Positions 52,066 to 60,200 of a stretch of 64,000 nt of DNA are shown piece by piece. Within the stretch, counting starts at the first letter, position 1, and every line of letters starts with the position of its first letter. The DNA is from Planctomycetota bacterium. Its GTDB lineage: Bacteria > Planctomycetota > UBA11346. Below the pieces are notes generated by a model, which saw only the letters and a program-made list of their open reading frames with translations, did not search any database and was not told where the DNA came from. The position numbers and the translations under genes were made by a program. Location: the NCBI GenBank assembly GCA_007693455.1, contig REDP01000167.1:16799-80798 (forward strand). The letters are read 5' to 3'.

Positions 52066-54831
52066 TCATTGCATGGGCAATGGTTCCACGCTGAGCTCTT
52101 GCGGCTGCACAAAGCGCGCCCACAGGTGCTGACCATGGCGGTCGACAAAACTTATGGCGCCCTGATCTCCACAGGCAGTGAAGGATACTTCAGACACTGG
52201 GCCCAATTGTTCCAGGCTATAATAACGCCAGTCACGTCGCAGGCAGAGGCAGTGGGCATAGCCATCCACCCCGCGATAGACGACGTAGTGTCGGCCAAGC
52301 ACATAGCCGCCGTTGGGTGGTGCACTGGCTGCTGGGGCGTTTCCTGCCGCAAGTGTGAGGTCGTGGTGACGCCATTGCTGCCCCTCGTAGATGAACTCAT
52401 GAATATGGCCGTCTTGTCCAAGATAGAGAATGTGCTCATGGTCAGCTGGAGCATAGCCAACGGGATCACTTACCGCAGGAGGGGCCTGCAGGCGCTCGCT
52501 TAATGGCGCATGATACCATATGCCATGAAGTTCCAGCAGTTCATGAATGCTGCCTTGGTGGTCGCGCCAAGCAATATGTCGGGAGTTTTCCAGGGCCCAA
52601 TGCCAGGCACAAGCTGGCCCGACTGCTGCTGGTGGATGCCCCAGGTGACGGTGCATATTCATCACCTCTGTAGCATCATCGTCCAAGGAGCGCAGAAACA
52701 CTTCACCATTGGGATCCGTTAGGACAAGGAATAGGGGCGTATTTCCTGAAGCACGACTGATCACCGGCGTACCAAGCACTGGACCGACATCATGGGTGGG
52801 GCCATCAATGCGACCATTTTTATCCAATGGCGCATAAAAACCGCATCCTGCTTGGGTATTCCAGGCAATCCAACCATGATCTCCTCGGCTAATAATGAGG
52901 GGATCAGTGGCGAGATCTTGAGGATGGGGGAAGTCTTTATTGCGACCAATTTTTACCCAGCGATCTCCAACAGTACGAGCTGCCTTGAGACGATTTTTTC
53001 CATCACGCCAAGCGCTAAACCACATTCCAGGCTTACGCGGAGCCAGCGTTCCTGCAATATCCTCGTATGGCGCCCCATCACCAGCAGTGATGACAGCGGT
53101 AATGCGCTGCAGCTTTTCGTGAAGGGCATCGGTATCAGGGGCTTCTTGCCCTGATGATGGATCTTGGTGTGGAGCAGTGTGTGGAGCAGTGTGTGGGCGA
53201 GTGGTTGCAATCTGTCGCTGGAGCTGCTCAATACGTTGTTGGAGTTGCTGAATCTCTGGTTCGCGATCGACCGTGGCAGCAGCGGGGGCGCGAGAAATTT
53301 GCGCCTCTAATTCAATAATCCGCTGCTTTTCTGTTCGTTGTTCGGCGGCAGCCTCGTCACGTTCTGCTTCTAGGCTATATTTCTCCTGTTTGACCTTTTG
53401 CATATCTGCTCGTAAGGCATCGCGTTCCTGGGTAAGCTGCTCAATCCGATCATCGTTTTGTGAGCCCGCGGCAGCGAGAGCTAAATCAAGGTCCTTGCGA
53501 TATTGGGCAATTTGCCTCCGTAGGCTGGCAATGGTTCCTTTGCTAATTTGCACGTCCTCGCGAGCCCGGTCGCGTTCGGTAAGGGCCTCCTGCAGGGCAC
53601 GTTGATCCACCTGCATCGCTTCGGCATCATCGGGAGACCGCTGCAGGCGCTCCTGGAGATTGCCAATGGTGGTCTCATGCTCGGTAATCGTACGATGAGA
53701 CTGCAAGAGTTGCTGCTCTACATCACGATTGGCTGCGCGCAGATCGGCGAGTTCCGCCTGCAGTTCGGCGAGTTCATGGCCGGAGTGCTGGGTAGCTGCA
53801 GGGGCACCGCCTGACAAATGGGCGTGGGCAAGCTGTTGCTGCAGATCCTCAATTTGCTGCTGCATGTCATCCATCAGATCCTCATGCACGCGAATCCAAA
53901 TCATCGCCTCAAGTCGTTCGCGGTCTGCAGCTAAAGCCCCTTCTGCGCCTTCGCTCACCACGGGTACCAGTTCAACTAATTGCTCATGCATGGAGCCAAG
54001 GTCGCTTCCCAGGTGCTCGGCAATTTCTGCCGCGGCTCGCTGATCGGCAAAAAAGCGGTCTTCTTGATGCTCGGCGCCCATATTTTCGCCATCATCATCC
54101 ACGTCTTTAGGCTGGTGGCGCCCATTATAGAAGCGTTGGTCGATGGCAAATAAGGCCGTAACCACTTCCGCACTGGCAACCAACTGCCGCCCCAAATTGC
54201 GGCGTAGCTGATTATGTTCTTGCGATACGTTCGCGGCCTTTTCTTTTGCTGCTGCCAACTCTTGGCGCAGGGCTTGCATGGCTTCACTGCCACCGCTTAA
54301 TTCCTTGCTGGCAAGATCGGCATCAAGGTCTGCAATTTGCTCCTGAAGATGGTTATTTTCAATGTGTGAATCTTCAAGTGACTGTTCGAGTTCACTGCAA
54401 CGGCGTTGGCTTGCCTGCAGTTGCCCCGCAAGTTCGCTGATTTTTTGCGCATCTGCGGCGCGGTTATTTGCTTCCGCCTGGCGTTCAGACATAATCGAAG
54501 ACAGCTCTTGCCGCGTATTGGCCAAGAGGCGATCGGCCTCTTCACTGTCAATGGTGGTGCTGCTGCTAATAACCCTGCGCAGCGCTTCTTGAATCCAGCG
54601 CTTGAGATTGCGCTCGCTTAAGGTTTTGAGATTTTTGGTTTTTCCGCGCTTGGCCAACTCCTCAAGAGAAGTGCGTTGGGTCATCGATGCCAACTGGTCA
54701 TCTATCTCTTGGGTGGATCGCGCCGCTTCAACACGGCGCTCTTCAACCACACGCTGCTGGGAGGTGGGTTGTGAGTCCGTATCAAGAGGAGCCTCGTCCT
54801 CATCAAAGCGTAATTCATCACTCTCGGGCAT
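52066..54831 (-). CDS. Giant coiled-coil protein CC1: conserved N-terminal module, about 500 aa of coiled coil, C-terminal beta-propeller-like repeat domain
   Basis: AAGGAG lies 5 nt upstream of ATG 54831. Long heptad-rich Q/E/L/A/R sequence. The C-terminal 320 aa carry six similar blade-like motifs. The N-terminus is paralogous to CC2. Confidence 0.8.
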   Translation of the reverse strand: MPESDELRFDEDEAPLDTDSQPTSQQRVVEERRVEAARSTQEIDDQLASMTQRTSLEELAKRGKTKNLKTLSERNLKRWIQEALRRVISSSTTIDSEEADRLLANTRQELSSIMSERQAEANNRAADAQKISELAGQLQASQRRCSELEQSLEDSHIENNHLQEQIADLDADLASKELSGGSEAMQALRQELAAAKEKAANVSQEHNQLRRNLGRQLVASAEVVTALFAIDQRFYNGRHQPKDVDDDGENMGAEHQEDRFFADQRAAAEIAEHLGSDLGSMHEQLVELVPVVSEGAEGALAADRERLEAMIWIRVHEDLMDDMQQQIEDLQQQLAHAHLSGGAPAATQHSGHELAELQAELADLRAANRDVEQQLLQSHRTITEHETTIGNLQERLQRSPDDAEAMQVDQRALQEALTERDRAREDVQISKGTIASLRRQIAQYRKDLDLALAAAGSQNDDRIEQLTQERDALRADMQKVKQEKYSLEAERDEAAAEQRTEKQRIIELEAQISRAPAAATVDREPEIQQLQQRIEQLQRQIATTRPHTAPHTAPHQDPSSGQEAPDTDALHEKLQRITAVITAGDGAPYEDIAGTLAPRKPGMWFSAWRDGKNRLKAARTVGDRWVKIGRNKDFPHPQDLATDPLIISRGDHGWIAWNTQAGCGFYAPLDKNGRIDGPTHDVGPVLGTPVISRASGNTPLFLVLTDPNGEVFLRSLDDDATEVMNMHRHLGHPPAAVGPACAWHWALENSRHIAWRDHQGSIHELLELHGIWYHAPLSERLQAPPAVSDPVGYAPADHEHILYLGQDGHIHEFIYEGQQWRHHDLTLAAGNAPAASAPPNGGYVLGRHYVVYRGVDGYAHCLCLRRDWRYYSLEQLGPVSEVSFTACGDQGAISFVDRHGQHLWARFVQPQELSVEPLPMQ
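53167..53202. repeat. 12-nt tandem repeat (2 perfect units plus 1 imperfect) inside CC1, encoding PHTAPHTAPH on the minus strand
   Basis: GTGTGGAGCAGT at 53167-53178 and at 53179-53190, then GTGTGGGCGAGT. Confidence 0.85.
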
Positions 54832-55023
54832 GGTTGCTCCTTTTTGCCGTAGCCTGGCAGGGGGTCTATAGATTACCATGCATACTCAGTATCTTATGCC
54901 CAGGTGCAACCCGAGATTGTGTAAAGACTGAGACAACGAGTTACTCACCCTTGTGCTTGTCCGTGAGGGGAATGGCCATGGCTTTTTATGACTCCTGTGC
55001 ACCCTCTACGTCAGCCGAGGTCA

Positions 55024-55842
55024 ATGACGAGCATGCGCGTAGATTTCCATATCCATACGAATTTGAGTGATGGAGCCTTAGACCCCGAGGCGGTCCTGGA
55101 GTTGATCGCCGAGCGCAAGCTCAAGGCCTGGGCGATAACCGATCACGATCTCACCGAAGCTTCACAACGCTACGAGGATATACCTGGCGCGGTGTCGGGC
55201 TGCGAGGTAACCACCTGGGCGGAGGGTCGCGAAGTGCATGTGGTAGCACTTGGCACCCGACTTAATGATACTCCGTGGCAAGAGGTGTTGTGTGCCATCC
55301 GTCATGCGCGTGAGGAGTACCTTGTTCGTTTATGTCAGTGGCTACGCCAACAACATGGAATCGACGTGCCTGATGGGGCGGGTCGCAAGCAGAGCAGTCG
55401 AATAAGCTCACGGGCCCATTTAGCGGCCTATCTACATCAGCACCATGTGGTTCGCAGCGTTGGTGAAGCCTTCCAACGTTATCTTGGTGATGCCCATATA
55501 CGCCACCTTGCGCCGCCAAATTACCCACCCTTAGAACAAGCAGTGGCCCACATTCAAGCAGCAGGGGGGGTGGCAATACTCGCCCATCCTGCCCATTATC
55601 GGGATTATGGTATGGTTGAACGACTCTTACATAGTTCACCACTGGATGGCCTGGAGGTGCGCCATCCTGGCTGCGATAGCCAGTGGCGTAGCTTTCTTGA
55701 ACACCAGGCTCAAAGCCGCGGCTTATTGATGAGCTGTGGTTCGGATTTTCACTACCCAGGGCCACGCCGCATTGGCGAACATCGTCTTGATGGCGTCCGT
55801 TTAGCCCCGCTCCTTGAGCGTCTCAACGTCTCTCATCGTTAG
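55024..55842 (+). CDS. PHP-domain metal-dependent phosphoesterase (TrpH/YciV-like)
   Basis: VDFHIHTNLSDG, ITDHD and later His/Asp ligands (AHPAHY, GSDFH). ATG 55024 or 55033. Confidence 0.88.
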   Translation: MTSMRVDFHIHTNLSDGALDPEAVLELIAERKLKAWAITDHDLTEASQRYEDIPGAVSGCEVTTWAEGREVHVVALGTRLNDTPWQEVLCAIRHAREEYLVRLCQWLRQQHGIDVPDGAGRKQSSRISSRAHLAAYLHQHHVVRSVGEAFQRYLGDAHIRHLAPPNYPPLEQAVAHIQAAGGVAILAHPAHYRDYGMVERLLHSSPLDGLEVRHPGCDSQWRSFLEHQAQSRGLLMSCGSDFHYPGPRRIGEHRLDGVRLAPLLERLNVSHR

Positions 55843-55931
55843 AGCCTTGGGTCCGTATACCATTACTTTTCGTTAACCCATCATGTATTCATAACAATCA
55901 ATTGGGTTGCAGGCACGTCCATCACCTTGAT

Positions 55932-55952
55932 GCTGAAAGCTGAAAGCTGAAA
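55932..55952. repeat. Heptamer GCTGAAA x3 in the PHP/rlmN convergent intergenic region
   Basis: Read directly from the sequence. Enclosed by the 6-bp inverted repeat CACCTT (55923-55928) / AAGGTG (55951-55956), followed by TTTTA. Confidence 0.8.
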
Positions 55953-55958
55953 GGTGTT

Positions 55959-56984
55959 TTATACTGCTGTTTCGGCCTTTTTACGCAATACCAGTTGTCC
56001 ACAGGCCGCATCAATATCAGCACCGCGTTGCCCGCGTACGGTGGCGTGTCCTCCTGCCTCTCGCACCAGGGCGGTAAAACGCTCCACCTGATCCCAAGAG
56101 GGACGCTGATGGGGCGTTTGCAAAACCGGATTATAGGGGATCAGATTAATATGCGCCCCGTATCGTCGGGCCAGGCGACCTAGGTCATGGGCATGGTGAT
56201 CGCGCATATTGGCGTCTGCCAACAGTACGTATTCAAAGGTCATGCGCCGTCCAACGCGCTGGGAATAGGCGTCGAGAGCCTGTAAAAGGGCGGCGATATT
56301 CCAACGGCGATTTAACGGCACCAGCCGTGAGCGACTTTCGTCATCAGGCGCATGTAAGCTGAGTGCCAAGGTGACTTGCGGCTCGTCGTCAGCCAGTTGT
56401 CGAATCTTTTCCGCAACTCCCGAAGTAGATACGGTAATGCGTCGACGACTCAAGCCCAGTCCTTGGGGATGACCGAGCAAGCGTATTGCCGCTAATACAT
56501 TGCTGTAGTTAAAGAGCGGTTCACCTGATCCCATAAAGACGACATGGGTTACCGGCCGCCGCTGATGGTGATACAGTACCTGATAGACAATCTCACCAAC
56601 CTGTAAATCACGCTCTACCCCAGTCAGTCCCGAAGCACAGAAGGTGCATCCCACCGCACAGCCAACCTGTGATGACACGCAGATGGTATGACGCGTACGG
56701 GTGGGAATAGAGACGCTCTCCACGCGTTTGCCATCGGCTAGGGAAAAGAGCGTCTTTACTGTGCCATCACTGCTTTCCTGATTGGTGACCACCTCAGCAG
56801 GGCAGAGGCGGTGGGCTTGATCAAGGGATGCACGCAGTTCCTTGGGAAGTGGACTGATATCGCCAAAGCACTGCGGTACATGATGCTGCAACATGGTGAA
56901 AATCTGTTCACCACGAAAGGCGGGAAGCCCGCGTTTGGTCGCCCACAGGCGCAGCTGCTGACTATCACTGCCATAAAAGTCCAT
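55959..56984 (-). CDS. rlmN: 23S rRNA/tRNA adenine-C2 methyltransferase, radical SAM
   Basis: CVSSQVGCAVGCTFCASG radical-SAM cluster motif, C-terminal DIDAACGQL with the second catalytic Cys. 341 aa. Confidence 0.95.
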   Translation of the reverse strand: MDFYGSDSQQLRLWATKRGLPAFRGEQIFTMLQHHVPQCFGDISPLPKELRASLDQAHRLCPAEVVTNQESSDGTVKTLFSLADGKRVESVSIPTRTRHTICVSSQVGCAVGCTFCASGLTGVERDLQVGEIVYQVLYHHQRRPVTHVVFMGSGEPLFNYSNVLAAIRLLGHPQGLGLSRRRITVSTSGVAEKIRQLADDEPQVTLALSLHAPDDESRSRLVPLNRRWNIAALLQALDAYSQRVGRRMTFEYVLLADANMRDHHAHDLGRLARRYGAHINLIPYNPVLQTPHQRPSWDQVERFTALVREAGGHATVRGQRGADIDAACGQLVLRKKAETAV

Positions 56985-57213
56985 ATGCGTATGCTGGGGA
57001 CTGGTGGCGTATTACCAGCCGCATCCTGATCGCAACAATACTTTCGCTTGCCATCACTGGCAATGGGTTCAAAGCTGTCGCGGGCAATCCTCTGTGTCAC
57101 ATATCGACAAAGCCCCGGCAGACTGGCGCTAGGATGTTGGCAGAGAGCACCATCATTTGCAGCAAAGCACTTGTGTGATCCTTTGGTGATCCGAGAGAAG
57201 GAGTTGATTCCTC

Positions 57214-60200
57214 ATGGCACAGCAACGTACCAGCCATACCAAACGCCAACATGTTGAATACCAAGAAGACATCCCTGATATTGATCAGGGCTTAAACGAC
57301 CTCACGAAGGAAACAACGGTCCGCGACCTCATGCGCCGCGGGCAGCATAAAAAGCTGCGAACCATTCGCGAGCGCGATCTCAAGGAATGGATCGCTACGG
57401 CTCTGCGTCGGGTCATGGTGACCCATGAGGACACCTTCACCGACGAGCAAAAGCAAGAAATGGTGGCGAAGGTGCAGGAGGAAATGCAGCAGCGCATTAA
57501 AGCCCTGCAGGAACAAGCCAAAGCCGCCGAAGCTGGTGCCCAGGAGTGGCGCAGTCAATATCAGCAAGCAGTGAGCGAAGCGGGCGAAAACCAGCAATTA
57601 CACGATGTACTGGCCAATCTCCAAGCCAAATATGAGAACGCCCAAGCCGAACGTGAAGATGCGGTGGCCCGCCTTCTCGACATGGAAGATGATTTCAACG
57701 AAAATAAATCTATGTTGGCGACCACCATAGCGGAAAAAGAACGTCTCCAGACCACCAACCGCGAACTCTTTATGCGCTCGAGTCAAGTGATCGAGCCAAT
57801 TCTAGCCATTGATAACGAATACTATCAGGGCAGCCATCAGGAAGATACGCCTGGTGACAACGAAGATGATAGCTCTTTCTTCCGTGACTTTGAAGTGAGT
57901 ACGCATGTCTTGGAAAGCCTGCAAGGGGATCTGGCCAAGGGTACCGCTTTGACTCCCGCTGGGGCAGCAACCACAGACGGAGAAATGGCCGAACCTACTC
58001 CCGTTCAATTCCAAGAAGAGCATCTCCTCACCCTCTATGAAGCCAGCGACCAGGCTTTGGCGAAACTCAGTGGAATGCTGGATGTGGAAACCACCGAAGA
58101 GCTTGAAGAGCACATTGGTGATGGCCAAACGCATATAGAGAATGAACCAATCGCCAAGTTGCATCACAAAATTATCATGCTGGGTAAGGGCATTGGCCTG
58201 CAGCGTGATCGCCTGCAGCACCTGGAAGAAGAAAATGCCTCCTTACGTAGTCAGCAGGAAGCAGCCTCTGGCAATGAGACATCACAAGCCGCAGCCCGAC
58301 ACATTGCCGAGACCTTAGCCGCTGCCGCGATTCCTTTTCACCGTGAGACTGACGCCCAGACAGTGGACGCCGAACTACAACAAAGGGCTGCCGCACTGGA
58401 GGAAACCCTTGCCGAAGATGGTGAAGACGCAGCCGCCCTACAAGAACGCGCCGACGCTGTTATTGCAACGATAGTAGCAGAGCGTCAGCGCATGGAATCA
58501 AGCCTGCAAGATCAGCTCCGTCGCGCCGCCGCGGCGGAAGACGCCTTGCGTAAACTTGCGGGGGCAGCAGCAGCAGCAGTATGTGCCGAGGGCGAAGAAG
58601 ACGACTCCGCCCTGGGTACCGCCACGGAAAACCTGCGTAAAGACCTCGATACCCCTGCCGATCTTGTCCCTGGCGGCAATGAACAATTGCTTGCCGACAT
58701 TAGTGTTGATGGCGCACAAGTTATTGCTCAACTGCGTGAAGAACGGGATGCCGCCCGAGGACAAGCGGCTGCGGCGCGTGCCAGTGAGCGCGTCCTTGCC
58801 CAACGCCTCTTAGAGCTTGCTGTCGACTCCGATGATGATGCTGTCCTCGGGGTTGCCTCGCAGTTACGCCAAGCCATGGACAATGATCCTGAAGCCTCGG
58901 TTGCCGACCACATCGCGGCCACTTCTCAGGCCCTGGCCGAACATGGCACAGGTGTAGCTGAATCGCAGGGAGCCAGTGCTGCCGAACTGGAAGAAGTACA
59001 GCAACGCCTTGCCGCCGCTGAACAGGCCGCTGAAGAGCATCAAGGCACGGTGAAGGAATTGCGTGAGCGCAACGAATCACTGCAAGAACAATTAGATCAA
59101 CGCGACAGTGAGTTAGCCGAATTGGAAACGCGTCTGGCCGATGATGAGGATCAACTGGCTGCTGTGCGCGAAGAACTCGCGGCCGCCAAGGACCACGTCA
59201 CTGCCTTACAGGCAGGGCAAGAGGGTGTTGCGCAAGCACTCTCACAGGCCGCCAAGGAACATCACCAGGCCCTGGCCGACCTGGAGCAAGACGGCGAAGA
59301 GGACGATGCTTTGGCACATGCCGCCGAAGAGGTGCATGAGCTTGTCTCCGCCCCTGGCGAACACGATACGGACCAAGTCCTCAATGCCACCCGTGGGGTG
59401 ATCTCCCGCCTTCGCGTAGCCAATGATGCCTTGGCGCAACGACTGCGCCGTAAAGAGCAAGAGTTGGGTGAAGTGCGTCGTAGCACGGAGAGTAAAGCCG
59501 AAAGTTTGGATGAACTTAAAAAAGCTTTGGCTCATGCCGAAGCAGAGCGCGAACAAAGCAAGCACGATGCCACAGCCCTGCAAGAAGAGGTGGCAACCCT
59601 CAATCAGCGCATCGATGCGGCCGCCGAAGAAGCGTTCGAAAAGGATGAGGCGTTGGATCAATTACGTGCGGCGGCAAAAGATGCCGAAGAGCGTTTGGCC
59701 GAGCAGAAACACACGGTAGAGACGCTCAATCAACGTATAGAAGCCGCTGCCGAAGATCTGCTGAGCAAGGAAGAAGAAATCGAACAACTGCGCGCAGCCA
59801 ACCAAGAAGCTGCCGCACAAGCGGATGAATTGGCGCAACTGCAAAAACAGCGGGACGAGTTAGCTGATTCATTGCAATCTGCCGAAGAGGCTCGTGAAAA
59901 GGCGCAATCTGATCTTGCGCAGACGCAAGCAGCGCTCTCTGAGAAAGAGGCAGAGCTTGAGCAACTGCGCACCTCCATCAAAGACGCCGAAGAGCGCCTT
60001 GCCGAGCATGAACACACCTCGCAGACGCTCAATCAACGCATTGACGCTGCCGCCGAAGATCTGCTGAGCAAAGAAGAAGAAATCGAACAATTACGCGCGG
60101 CCAACCAAGAAGCTGCCGCACAGGCTGATGAATTGGCACAGCTCAAGGAACAACTCAGTGACAAAGAATCGGCGCTGAATACCACGCAAGAGGAACGAGA

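Noticed and set aside
55262-55765. 167-aa minus-strand ORF antisense to the PHP phosphoesterase gene
   Set aside because: It is contained in a CDS with clear PHP metal-ligand motifs, and there is no support for independent coding.
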